Program-made: the position numbers and the translations under genes
In this document: positions 1 to 9,019 of the stretch, piece after piece
How the letters are laid out: each line of letters starts with the position of its first letter
Numbering within the stretch: the stretch's first letter is position 1
Notes under the pieces: model-generated
Database searches by the model: none
Told to the model about the DNA's origin: nothing
What the model saw: the letters and a program-made list of their open reading frames with translations, nothing else
Assembly: GCA_016191145.1 (NCBI GenBank)
Contig: JACPPD010000007.1
Span: forward strand, 16,021 to 80,020
Origin: Ignavibacteria bacterium
Lineage (GTDB): Bacteria > Bacteroidota > Ignavibacteria > Kapaibacteriales > Kapaibacteriaceae
Reading direction: 5' to 3'
DNA: 64,000 nucleotides

Positions 1-451
1 GAAACGAGGCGGCGCGCAGGCAGATTCTGTCAATCTCATCTTGTACGTCCTGTTCACTTGCCACCCTCACCAACCGCTGAACGTTGAGTCCTCTGTAATC
101 GCCCAATGAAAAGTCGGGCATGATTTCGAATCCAATCGTAAACGTGACGCCGTCGCTCGATTTTGAAATGTCTGAAAGCGTGGGATGTCCCACAACTCGT
201 TGAGACTCCTCCGATGCATAACGCCTGAACTCCTCATCGGCAATTGATTCGAGGGCCTCAGCTTCGATTTCACGTCCAAACTTTTGTTTGACAATTGAAA
301 TCGGGACCTTACCCTTTCTGAATCCTGGAAGAGAGATTCCCGACTGCGCCTTCTGATATGCGGTATCAAAGTGAGGTCGCAGGTCCGACAAAGTCAAGGA
401 AATCTGAATCTCCCGACGGCATCCATCAACTGTGGTGAGAGTCCTTTGCAA
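1..451 (-). CDS. tig: Trigger factor, N-terminal part (5' end of gene in window; the rest lies before position 1)
   Basis: Hand translation of the minus strand gives ...TLTTVDGCRREIQISLTLSDLRPHFDTAYQKAQSGISLPGFRKGKVPISIVKQKFGREIEAEALESIADEEFRRY..., which carries the trigger-factor ribosome-docking signature GFRxGKVP. There is no in-frame ATG after the upstream TGA, so the likeliest start is TTG at 449-451. The listed 67..369(-) ORF is a different, spurious frame. Confidence 0.7.
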   Translation of the reverse strand, partial: MQRTLTTVDGCRREIQISLTLSDLRPHFDTAYQKAQSGISLPGFRKGKVPISIVKQKFGREIEAEALESIADEEFRRYASEESQRVVGHPTLSDISKSSDGVTFTIGFEIMPDFSLGDYRGLNVQRLVRVASEQDVQDEIDRICLRAASF

Positions 452-483
452 CGTGCATACTCCGAGTGATCAATTTGGAAGGG

Positions 484-565
484 TGCGGAAGGGGAGACTC
501 GAACTCCCACGGGTTGCCCCGCCAGATCCTAAGTCTGGTGCGTCTGCCAATTCCGCCACTCCCGC
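484..565 (-). tRNA. tRNA-Leu (anticodon TAG)
   Basis: The reverse complement reads GCGGGAGTGGCGGAATTGGCAGACGCACCAGACTTAGGATCTGGCGGGGCAACCCGTGGGAGTTCGAGTCTCCCCTTCCGCA. It has a 7-bp acceptor stem, D-loop GG, anticodon loop CTTAGGA, a long variable arm typical of Leu and a GTTCGAGTC T-loop. No CCA is encoded. Confidence 0.8.
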
Positions 566-691
566 AGAACCGCAAAGATATGTACAGGTGATTTTTAAAC
601 CGTTCCAACACCATGCCGGGTATCTCTTGATACCCGGCATGGTGTTGCGGCATGGTTCATCTGTTCGTGCCGTTGATGCAAATTGCCGTCC

Positions 692-1996
692 ATGAGCGAA
701 AGAACCCGACTTGTAATTATCGGAGGTGGTTGGGCCGGCATTGCCGCGGCAGTGGAAGCTGTTGAGCGTGGACGTCACGTTACGCTGGTTGAAGAGCGAC
801 AGTACCTGGGTGGCCGCGCTCACAGTTTTATAGACAAACACACTTCAACCGAGATTGATAACGGCCAGCACCTCCTTATGGGTTGCTATCATCAGACGTT
901 GTCGATACTAAAAAAACTTAATACACATCATTTGTTGGAATGGCAGCGCGCGCTTCGGGTTGTGTTTGTTGATGTAAACGGTAAACGTAGCGTCCTTGAT
1001 GCATCGAAACTTCCCGGCATATTCGGTGTTGCAGCGGGCATACTGCGCTTGCAGAGCCTGCCACTGTCGTCGCGGTTTTCAATCATACGTTTTGCTTTAA
1101 TGGTGCTACTAAATCGGATCCAACCCGGTGATGCTACGTGCATGGAGCTACTGAACAAGCACGGGCAGCCCATTGATGCAATCAATGCGTTTTGGAAGCC
1201 CCTTATCCTAGCCACATTGAACTCGCCATTAGAAACGGCCGACTCAGGAATGCTCATTGCTGTGATGAAGCTGGCATTTTTTTCAGGGGGCGAGAATTCG
1301 AAACTTATACTTCCGGCTACTACGCTGGGAGATCTGACGGCGCCAGTAACGTCGTGGATTGCTGAGCATGGCGGTGCTGTTCTGCTGAAGTCACGGGCAG
1401 AGTCTTTTGCAATTCAAAACGGAAGAATCACTCACGTAACACTTAATGATGGAACAACCATCGCTACAGATGCTGTGGTAACGTGCATACCTGTGCATGC
1501 GCTTAAGAGATTGCTTCCATCGGCAGGTATTTCCGACTTTGAGGTTTCGCCGATTGTAAACGTGTACCTATGGTACAGTCAGCCATGGCTCGATGAGCCG
1601 TTTGTGGCAATGGTGGGTACACTTGTACAGTGGGTGTTTAATAAGGACAATCGGCAGGGTCAGTTAGTAGCCATCACGATTTCTGCAGCATCCGATGTTG
1701 TCGGACAGGATTCCGATACACTTATTACACGATGCGATGAAGAGCTGCGCAATGCATTTCCTTCAATGACAGGTAGTGTGTTGCAGCACGGTCTGGTATT
1801 AAAAGAAAAAACAGCAACACCACTCTTCAAGCCGGATGAAAGATCGAAGCGTGTTGTCGACTACGGTCTGTTGCCCGAGAACATTGGTATAGCAGGCGAT
1901 TGGACTAACACTGGTTTGCCCGCTACGATTGAAGGTGCAGCAAGAAGCGGCGTTGCAGCCATTCAGCGAGTTTTACAAAACCAAGTCCGGCAATAG
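692..1996 (+). CDS. FAD-dependent oxidoreductase of the amine-oxidase / HpnE (squalene-associated desaturase) / phytoene-desaturase family
   Basis: The N-terminus has a Rossmann dinucleotide-binding motif: RLVIIGGGWAGIAAAVEAVERGRHVTLVEERQYLGGRA. The length is about 435 aa. The C-terminal GDWTNTGLPATIEGAARSG motif is typical of HpnE/CrtI-like enzymes. The ORF-track start at 683 is TTG, and the first ATG is at 692. Confidence 0.55.
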   Translation: MSERTRLVIIGGGWAGIAAAVEAVERGRHVTLVEERQYLGGRAHSFIDKHTSTEIDNGQHLLMGCYHQTLSILKKLNTHHLLEWQRALRVVFVDVNGKRSVLDASKLPGIFGVAAGILRLQSLPLSSRFSIIRFALMVLLNRIQPGDATCMELLNKHGQPIDAINAFWKPLILATLNSPLETADSGMLIAVMKLAFFSGGENSKLILPATTLGDLTAPVTSWIAEHGGAVLLKSRAESFAIQNGRITHVTLNDGTTIATDAVVTCIPVHALKRLLPSAGISDFEVSPIVNVYLWYSQPWLDEPFVAMVGTLVQWVFNKDNRQGQLVAITISAASDVVGQDSDTLITRCDEELRNAFPSMTGSVLQHGLVLKEKTATPLFKPDERSKRVVDYGLLPENIGIAGDWTNTGLPATIEGAARSGVAAIQRVLQNQVRQ

Positions 1997-2504
1997 CGCC
2001 AATTGCCATACCAGCTATCACATCGGTTGGCCAGTGCACACCACAGTATATCCGCGAAAAGCTCACGGTAATAGCAATGGTCCACCAAACCCATCGCTGC
2101 TTTGGGTAAAAATGGCTGAGTATAACTGCTGCTGCCGTGTTGTTAAGTGCATGATTGGAAGGGAAGGAACCTGCTCCGCTGGTAACGAGTAGGTGCACGT
2201 CCGACAGTACATCGTACGGACGCAGTCTCGAGATAGGCTGTTTTAGAAGATACGTGCTCGCCGGATCAAGTACTGCAACTGCAACTACAAGTGTGGCAGC
2301 ACAAATACGTCCTCGCATGCCCCCTTTCCAAATCAACCAAATAATGGCAATAACATACACTGGTCTCCAGTACGCCGTGCTAGTAACGATGGGCATTACA
2401 GCATTAAATACGAAATTTGAGAGTTCGTGGTTAATTGCGTAAAACAGCCAGGTATCAAAGGTCATCATGAATGTAAGCTCACCATTTTTTTCCACACAAA
2501 CCAA
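1923..2504 (-). CDS. PAP2-family lipid phosphatase (membrane)
   Basis: The three PAP2 motifs are present: KQPISRLRP (KxxxxxxRP), PSNH (PSGH) and SRIYCGVHWPTDV (SRxxxxxHxxxD). It has multiple transmembrane segments. Its 3' end overlaps the convergent gene at 692..1996 by 74 bp. Confidence 0.7.
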   Translation of the reverse strand: MVCVEKNGELTFMMTFDTWLFYAINHELSNFVFNAVMPIVTSTAYWRPVYVIAIIWLIWKGGMRGRICAATLVVAVAVLDPASTYLLKQPISRLRPYDVLSDVHLLVTSGAGSFPSNHALNNTAAAVILSHFYPKQRWVWWTIAITVSFSRIYCGVHWPTDVIAGMAIGAIAGLGFVKLAEWLQRRFLLHLQS

Positions 2505-2546
2505 TGAAGATTGACGGCATTATTTAATCAGATTATTTTGGTAATT

Positions 2547-2581
2547 ACTATCTGTGGCAATGGAGGTAGTTCACAGATAGT
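2547..2581. promoter_or_regulatory. Perfect 10-bp inverted repeat (actatctgtg / cacagatagt) with a 15-nt loop, in the nrdJ 5' region
   Basis: Read directly from the sequence. It lies about 95 nt upstream of the nrdJ ATG and is a candidate operator or hairpin. Confidence 0.4.
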
Positions 2582-2675
2582 TCCCACCTCAGTTTTTCAA
2601 ATAATTCGTTTTTTCAGCGGTTGGTAAATGCCAAACCGCGGCGGTAGCGTCGCTAATAAATTACGTGGAGGATTC

Positions 2676-5600
2676 ATGAAAATAGCGCGACGATTTACAT
2701 CAATAGGTGTGAGTCCTTTCGATCAGTTCACCTATTCAATCCGCACTTCGATATTGCGAGGGACAGATGGCAAGACGGTATTTCAGATGGACAACATCGA
2801 AGTACCAGAGCAATGGTCGGAGATGGCGTCAGATATTCTTGCTCAGAAATATTTCCGTAAAGCTGGTGTACCACAACTTGATGAGAATGGTAATCAGCTT
2901 ACCAATGAAAAGGGTGAGCCAATAACTGGTCCAGAACGGTCTATCAAGCAAGTTGTTCATCGTCTTGCAGGATGCTGGCAGTGGTGGGGCGAGAAGTACG
3001 GCTACTTCGATACACCAGAAGATGCAGAGGCATTTTATGATGAAGTTGCCTATATGCTTCTCAAGCAAATGGCTGCACCTAATTCGCCACAGTGGTTCAA
3101 TACCGGATTGCACTTTGCATACGGAATTACGGGGTCTGCACAGGGTCACTACTACGTCGATCCCGATACAAAACGACTCTCACGCTCAACCGATGCATAC
3201 AGTCATCCGCAGCCGCATGCGTGCTTCATACAGTCGGTGAACGACGATTTGGTAAATGAAGGGGGCATCTTTGACCTTGCTACACGCGAGGCCCGCATTT
3301 TCAAATATGGATCGGGTACTGGTACCAACTTTTCAAGTCTTCGCGGAGAAAAGGAAAAGCTGTCAGGCGGTGGAGTATCGTCTGGCTTAATGTCGTTCCT
3401 CAAGATCTTCGATCGCGCTGCAGGCGCCATAAAAAGTGGCGGAACAACCAGGCGTGCCGCTAAGATGGTGATTGTTAATGTCGATCACCCCGACATAGAA
3501 AAGTTCATTGAATGGAAAGCAAAGGAAGAAGAAAAAGTTGCTTCTCTGGTTGCCGGATCCCGTATCTGTGCAACGTTCTTACAGGCAATAATGGATGAAG
3601 CCTATGCTCATGGCGCAGATCCTCACGTCAACCATACTCTCGATTTGCTGATTCGTAAGGCACTGCACCGCGGTGTGCCGTATAACACCGTCAGACGAAC
3701 GCTGGATTTAGTTGCTCAGGGTTTTACATCACTCGATTTCGACACATTTGATACGCATTACGAAGGTGAAGCATACATCACCGTGGCCGGACAGAATTCA
3801 AACAATACTGTTCGCGTTACCAACGATTTCATGGAAGCAGTGCTTAAAGACAGCACATGGGATTTGGTATGGAGAACAGACAAATCCAAGATAGCAACTG
3901 TGCGCGCCAGGGATTTATGGCATAAGATTAATATGAGTGCCTGGAAAAGCGCCGATCCGGGTCTGCAGTTCGACACAACCATAAACGAATGGCACACGTG
4001 CCCGGCAGATGGCCGCATCAATGCGTCGAACCCGTGTTCGGAATATATGTTTCTCGATGACACGGCATGCAACCTTGCTTCGCTGAATCTTAAACATTTT
4101 TACAATGAAGCCACCGGAGGTTTCAATGTAGACGATTACCAGCATGCTATTCGGCTGTGGACGGTAGTCCTCGAAATCTCCGTCTTGATGGCGCAGTTCC
4201 CTTCAAAAGACGTTGCTCAAAAAAGTTACGATTTCCGCACTCTCGGTTTAGGATATGCCAACCTCGGTACTGTGCTGATGATTATGGGCATACCGTACGA
4301 CTCGCCAAGGGCGCTTTCGATCTGCGGAGCATTGTCGGCAATCCTAACTGGAGAAGCTTATGCAACGTCGGCGGAAATGGCACGCGACGTTAGCCCCTTT
4401 CCCAAATTCAAAAACAATCGGGATGCGATGCTGCGTGTTGTACGCAATCACAGGCGCGCGGCATACAATGGCAGCGAAAAGGATTATGAGGGGCTGTCTA
4501 TCTACCCCATGGGTATAGATCAGGACCTTTGTTTGCCGGAGCTGCTCGAGGCGTCGCACGCTACGTGGGACAGAGCCCTGGAACTTGGCGAGCAATACGG
4601 GTACAGAAACGCACAGGTATCGGTAATCGCACCAACGGGAACCATTGGGCTTGTTATGGACTGCGATACAACAGGCATAGAGCCCGATTTTGCAATAGTA
4701 AAATTCAAAAAGTTAGCGGGCGGCGGATACTTCAAAATTGTGAATCAAAGCGTCAGCAAGGCGCTGCACAGGCTTGGGTACACTGATAAACAAATTGACG
4801 ATATTGCTAAATATTGCAAGGGTAATGGAACCTTTACGGGTTGTCCCGCCATCAATAGAGCATCGCTCAGGCACAAGGGTCTTACGGATCAGGTAATAGA
4901 CCATATCAACGACTTGCTGACCACTGCGTTTGATATGCGTTTTGTGTTTAACCGGTTTACACTTGGCGACGATCTATGCCACAGGTTGGGATTCAGCGAC
5001 GAACAGCTCGATGATCCCGGCTTCAGTATTCTCGAGGAACTCGGATTCTCGCTTGAAGAAATCGATGCCGCCAATACCTTTATCTGCGGTACGATGATGA
5101 TAGAGGGCGCCCCGCACATTTTAGCTGAACATCTGCCAATCTTCGATTGTGCCAACAGATGCGGCAAGGATGGGAAACGCTATATCGACTACATGGCACA
5201 TGTAAGAATGATGTCTGCAGCGCAGTCATTCATCAGCGGAGCAATATCAAAGACCATCAACATGCCGGGAGAGGCTACCATCGATCAGGTAGAAGAAGTG
5301 CACATTGAATCGTGGAAGATGATGATAAAAGCAATTGCACTGTACCGCGATGGATCCAAGCTCTCGCAGCCACTTAATGCCAGCGCGGATAACTATAACG
5401 AAGTTGTAATGCTCGGCGACGAGGATACACTCGACGAGTCCAAGGGTCCGAAGGAAGTATATGAGGTAATTCGGGAACGTGTATACCATAGAGCCGAACG
5501 GCGTCGGCTGCCAAAGCGGCGTCACGGCTACGTCCGGGAAGCCACCGTTGGCGGACATAAGGTATACCTTCGCACGGGAGAATATGAAGATGGAACTCTG

Positions 5601-6146
5601 GGTGAAATTTTCATCGACATGTATAAGGAAGGGGCTTCATTCAAGGGGCTGATGAACTGTTTTGCAGTGCTTGCTTCAAAAGCGCTTCAGTATGGAGTGC
5701 CCCTGAACGAACTCGTAGACACATTTACATTTACACGCTTTGAACCGGCTGGCTTTGTAGAAGGACATGAAGCTATCAAGAATGCTACGTCGATGATTGA
5801 CTACGTCTTTAGAACTCTTGGCTACGACTATCTTGATCGCACAGATTTCGTCCACGTTAAAGCCGTCGACGAAGTCAATCCTGCACCATCATCAATTGAA
5901 CCGCCGCCGTCCGATGTCCCACATGGAGCCATACGGGTGCAGGACCCGGAATCGTATCGTCCGCCACTTGAAGTGGGTCCCGAAGGCGGACCCAAACCGG
6001 GCTCGAAATCTGTAGCGTCTGGCGTTAACCTAAGACTGCTTGGCTATACAGGCGACCAGTGCCCACGATGCTCCAGCAGCAGGATGCGCAGAAACGGAAG
6101 TTGTATGGTTTGCGAGGACTGTGGGGAAACAACCGGCTGCTCGTAA
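2676..6146 (+). CDS. nrdJ: Class II (adenosylcobalamin-dependent) ribonucleoside-diphosphate reductase, long form
   Basis: It has the active-site region [21 protein letters not shown] and the KTINMP region, and a C-terminal zinc-ribbon [27 protein letters not shown]. The ATG at 2676 is preceded by GGAGGATTC; an alternative in-frame ATG is at 2628. Confidence 0.85.
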   Translation: MKIARRFTSIGVSPFDQFTYSIRTSILRGTDGKTVFQMDNIEVPEQWSEMASDILAQKYFRKAGVPQLDENGNQLTNEKGEPITGPERSIKQVVHRLAGCWQWWGEKYGYFDTPEDAEAFYDEVAYMLLKQMAAPNSPQWFNTGLHFAYGITGSAQGHYYVDPDTKRLSRSTDAYSHPQPHACFIQSVNDDLVNEGGIFDLATREARIFKYGSGTGTNFSSLRGEKEKLSGGGVSSGLMSFLKIFDRAAGAIKSGGTTRRAAKMVIVNVDHPDIEKFIEWKAKEEEKVASLVAGSRICATFLQAIMDEAYAHGADPHVNHTLDLLIRKALHRGVPYNTVRRTLDLVAQGFTSLDFDTFDTHYEGEAYITVAGQNSNNTVRVTNDFMEAVLKDSTWDLVWRTDKSKIATVRARDLWHKINMSAWKSADPGLQFDTTINEWHTCPADGRINASNPCSEYMFLDDTACNLASLNLKHFYNEATGGFNVDDYQHAIRLWTVVLEISVLMAQFPSKDVAQKSYDFRTLGLGYANLGTVLMIMGIPYDSPRALSICGALSAILTGEAYATSAEMARDVSPFPKFKNNRDAMLRVVRNHRRAAYNGSEKDYEGLSIYPMGIDQDLCLPELLEASHATWDRALELGEQYGYRNAQVSVIAPTGTIGLVMDCDTTGIEPDFAIVKFKKLAGGGYFKIVNQSVSKALHRLGYTDKQIDDIAKYCKGNGTFTGCPAINRASLRHKGLTDQVIDHINDLLTTAFDMRFVFNRFTLGDDLCHRLGFSDEQLDDPGFSILEELGFSLEEIDAANTFICGTMMIEGAPHILAEHLPIFDCANRCGKDGKRYIDYMAHVRMMSAAQSFISGAISKTINMPGEATIDQVEEVHIESWKMMIKAIALYRDGSKLSQPLNASADNYNEVVMLGDEDTLDESKGPKEVYEVIRERVYHRAERRRLPKRRHGYVREATVGGHKVYLRTGEYEDGTLGEIFIDMYKEGASFKGLMNCFAVLASKALQYGVPLNELVDTFTFTRFEPAGFVEGHEAIKNATSMIDYVFRTLGYDYLDRTDFVHVKAVDEVNPAPSSIEPPPSDVPHGAIRVQDPESYRPPLEVGPEGGPKPGSKSVASGVNLRLLGYTGDQCPRCSSSRMRRNGSCMVCEDCGETTGCS

Positions 6147-6183
6147 CCGATACAATAGATTCCAGGGTAACCTGTTTCAGCAA

Positions 6184-6242
6184 GGCGCGGTACTCAAGTA
6201 CATAATTTTCTTTGGTTAAACCGCGCCAAGAGGCTATTTTTT
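6184..6242 (+). terminator. Putative Rho-independent terminator after nrdJ
   Basis: The stem ggcgcggt...accgcgcc has a long loop and is followed by ctatttttt. Confidence 0.35.
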
Positions 6243-6299
6243 GAGTCTTCCTGATGTGAACAAAAGGTAGTCTGTCACTTTTATTTAAGGATCATTATT

Positions 6300-6728
6300 A
6301 TGAAAATGCGTGTTTTGGCAGCGATACTTGCCACAACCTTTGCTATGGTTGCCGTGGCAAGTGCGGGCGTTAGGTGTGGTGAGCCGATGAAAGCCTCGAA
6401 GGCATCAAATGAATCAACAACGGGGACTGCAACGAATCATGCTGTGAAACCGGCTTCAGTTGCAAACAACGAAGCAGCGAAATCTGCAGCTACTGCAAGT
6501 GCCGATGTGAAACCAGCAACTGCGACGACTGCTGCTACAACTGTTTCAGATGACCATTGTTCAGATGCAAAAAAGGCATCGATGTCGGCCAGTGACAAGG
6601 CTTCGTGCAGCGGTTATAAATCGACGAAGTCTTCCATGACGTCAGTCAGTGAGTCGGCAACAACTGCACCGACAGTTGCTTCCGGAGCTGCAGTTGTTCC
6701 AGTTGCACAGACTGAGACGCCTAAATAA
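6300..6728 (+). CDS. Small secreted Ala/Thr/Ser-rich low-complexity protein with scattered Cys (hypothetical)
   Basis: It has an AAGGA RBS and a signal peptide MKMRVLAAILATTFAMVAVASA. The remainder is compositionally biased (A/T/S/K) with 5 Cys. It is the first gene of the tight same-strand cluster 6300-13494. Confidence 0.45.
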   Translation: MKMRVLAAILATTFAMVAVASAGVRCGEPMKASKASNESTTGTATNHAVKPASVANNEAAKSAATASADVKPATATTAATTVSDDHCSDAKKASMSASDKASCSGYKSTKSSMTSVSESATTAPTVASGAAVVPVAQTETPK

Positions 6729-6838
6729 TTCGGTTGGCATGGAAACAAGCGGGAGTCTTGCCGAAGTAGACGGGATGATTGTTCCTATCTGCAAAGTGGC
6801 GGAAATGCAAGAATATTATAGAGTAATGGGAGACTAAC

Positions 6839-8986
6839 ATGTCTAAAGGCGGCGCCGGCAAGGTTTACTTTGTGTTGTACCTTGCCGTTATCCTTGAGCT
6901 CCTCATCATTATTGTTGAGCGAGACGAAGCCGAGGAGCATCTTATCAAGAAGCAGAAGGAGTCGATGCGCATTGTAGAAAGCATCCTCTCTCAGCTTCAG
7001 GTAGGTGCTGGTACCGAAGGTATCACTACACGTCCCCAGGACCAAATAACGATTCCTCCGCCCAACGTTAACATCAAAGAGTTGATGGGTGGTGTAGATA
7101 TCAAGGCAGAACGCAAGTATCTCGTGGAAGTTGGTATCACGGACGTATCGTCGAATCTAAAAACAGTGGAAGGCGAGGAGCCTGAAGAATATATTGGGCG
7201 ATTAAAGAGATTCTTACGCCTTTCAAATGTTACCGACTTGAAGTACGAAATCCTTTACAGCTCGAATAAGGATGAAACCGTTCCCATGGACCCGGCAGAG
7301 TGGGCGCTTAAAGATAGTTCGCAACTGAAACTTAATTATAAAAAAATGGAGGATAAGATCGACGAGCGATATTCAACGATTTCGAGTAATCCAAAGGCGT
7401 TTGTTGATAGTGTTCAGCAAATCCTACTTGACGCTACGTACGATCCCGCAACGGAAACAACATTCAAGCCGCGCAAAATCACCGAACCGGAATATTATTA
7501 TTCAAGACTGGAAACAGAAACTCTTGGAGCCGAAGCATCGAGAAAAAAACGAACCTTTGTTGTCAACTTCGAACCCAGGGATGCCGGTTGGTACAAGCTC
7601 AAGTTTTCTTCGCAGACAAACAAGATTCTCGGAGTATCGGTAAAAGAAGGACAAGGCTACGACATCGATCCGGAAGAAAAGGTAAATATTGGTACTGTTC
7701 AATTAAAGGTTAAAGACTTAATTAAGGTGCGTGAGGAGTTGCTCAAGACAACGGATGGACTCCCCAGCGCAGAGCTAGTACGAACAAGTTTGGAAGAATT
7801 CGAACAAAAGCTTGCTGCTCTTTCCGATTCTACAGAAGAACTTCCTGCGAAGGCCAGAATTCGGTTGTACGGCGCTATTGTTAAGCTTACCACTCCTGGT
7901 ATCAAGGCAGAAACTGCCTTCCGCCAAAACCAGGGCGAAATAGAGTTCAACATCCGTGTGCTGAAACCTACGCCACAGATTACAGACCCAAAGATTGCCG
8001 ATATAGAAACAACTGTTCGCGTGTTTGATAAACTTTCCAAGCTTGTACTGCCAATGCAGGTAACTCCGGCAAACGGGCAAACGGAGTTTGAAAAGAATCC
8101 TGGGCAGGCTACAATTGGTGGTTCGGGAGCAACCGTCAGTTCTTCGGACGGTGCAACAAAATGGATTTCTAAAACGCTTGAAATTCCCATAGCCGGAAAC
8201 CTTGCACCCCGAGAAGAACCGTATGTGTTCGAGATTTATCAGCGAAACCAATCCAAGCGCTCAGAGCTGGTACAGTGTTCGGTGTTTGTATACCCATCAA
8301 AGATTACAAACGAAGACGAAGTCAAATCTGTGCTTGAGGCATCGTGGGGCGATAATATCGAGCTTGTTGCCAGTCCATCTTCGGGTAATACTATCAAACC
8401 CAATGAATTCATCATGCAGTTTAATATGGGAGGGGGCTCACAAATTGCGCCCTTCCGCAAGCTTGCTGTTCAGGCTACGGATAAAATCATAGTGCCGCCG
8501 GGAACAGACAAGGTACAACTGACAATTGGGTGGAAAGATCCCCGCTCGAATGAAACCGTTGAACTCTTTAGTGGATCTGGTGAAGTAGGTCTTAAAAAGC
8601 CCGTGATAATTACAACAGACATGAGGTCGGAGCCGATTGTCGACAACATGAGCGGTGAGTTCAAAGTTGTTGGGATATTGATTCGGCCACCAAGCATCAG
8701 TGAAACAGAGCGAGCCGATGTCGGTGAAGTTAATGTTGCCGTCAGCAGTGCAACTGTACGGGATATGAAAACGAGCCAGACTTACAAGGCAATCGTCGTT
8801 GGAAAGCCGAGGAAGGTTTCCGGAATGAATTACGAAGTTGTTTTGAAGCTTCAAGGTCCCAAATTCCCACTCACACGCGGACAGGTGAAAGGGAATGTAG
8901 CAATAACAATTTCTGCGAGCGCAAGATCGCAGGGAGCAGAATCCCGACCGCGGCAGCTAACAAAAACTGTGTCGGTCAGTAATTAG
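6839..8986 (+). CDS. Hypothetical bitopic membrane protein, 715 aa (N-terminal TM anchor, large extracytoplasmic part)
   Basis: The N-terminus MSKGGAGKVYFVLYLAVILELLIIIVERDEAEE is a single TM helix followed by about 680 aa with no motif I recognise. It is weakly reminiscent of GldM/PorM-type topology, but that is not established. Confidence 0.5.
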   Translation: MSKGGAGKVYFVLYLAVILELLIIIVERDEAEEHLIKKQKESMRIVESILSQLQVGAGTEGITTRPQDQITIPPPNVNIKELMGGVDIKAERKYLVEVGITDVSSNLKTVEGEEPEEYIGRLKRFLRLSNVTDLKYEILYSSNKDETVPMDPAEWALKDSSQLKLNYKKMEDKIDERYSTISSNPKAFVDSVQQILLDATYDPATETTFKPRKITEPEYYYSRLETETLGAEASRKKRTFVVNFEPRDAGWYKLKFSSQTNKILGVSVKEGQGYDIDPEEKVNIGTVQLKVKDLIKVREELLKTTDGLPSAELVRTSLEEFEQKLAALSDSTEELPAKARIRLYGAIVKLTTPGIKAETAFRQNQGEIEFNIRVLKPTPQITDPKIADIETTVRVFDKLSKLVLPMQVTPANGQTEFEKNPGQATIGGSGATVSSSDGATKWISKTLEIPIAGNLAPREEPYVFEIYQRNQSKRSELVQCSVFVYPSKITNEDEVKSVLEASWGDNIELVASPSSGNTIKPNEFIMQFNMGGGSQIAPFRKLAVQATDKIIVPPGTDKVQLTIGWKDPRSNETVELFSGSGEVGLKKPVIITTDMRSEPIVDNMSGEFKVVGILIRPPSISETERADVGEVNVAVSSATVRDMKTSQTYKAIVVGKPRKVSGMNYEVVLKLQGPKFPLTRGQVKGNVAITISASARSQGAESRPRQLTKTVSVSN

Positions 8987-9019
8987 TACAAAGTAAACAC
9001 ACACGCTATAGGGCCGTCT

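Noticed and set aside
67-369. Track ORF 67..369(-), 100 aa
   Set aside because: It is a different frame of the same region that encodes trigger factor. The trigger-factor frame has the diagnostic GFRKGKVP motif, and the 100-aa ORF has an Arg/Ser-rich, non-protein-like composition.
2505-2675. Possible cobalamin riboswitch upstream of the B12-dependent nrdJ
   Set aside because: I found no GCCACTG B12-box or other conserved cobalamin-riboswitch elements, and the leader is too short. Only the 10-bp palindrome was kept as a finding.
2628-2675. Upstream ATG (2628) as the nrdJ start
   Set aside because: The ATG at 2676 has a GGAGG Shine-Dalgarno at ideal spacing, whereas 2628 has none. 2628 is kept only as an alternative.
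2628-6146. Intein in the 1156-aa NrdJ
   Set aside because: Long-form class II RNRs of this size exist. I saw no intein splice-junction or homing-endonuclease motifs.
7699-8251. Antisense ORFs inside large genes (e.g. 7699..8190(-), 7775..8251(-), 35019..35699(-), 53135..53629(-))
   Set aside because: They lie fully within confidently assigned genes on the opposite strand, have low-complexity or Cys/Arg-rich composition and no motifs. They are treated as spurious.
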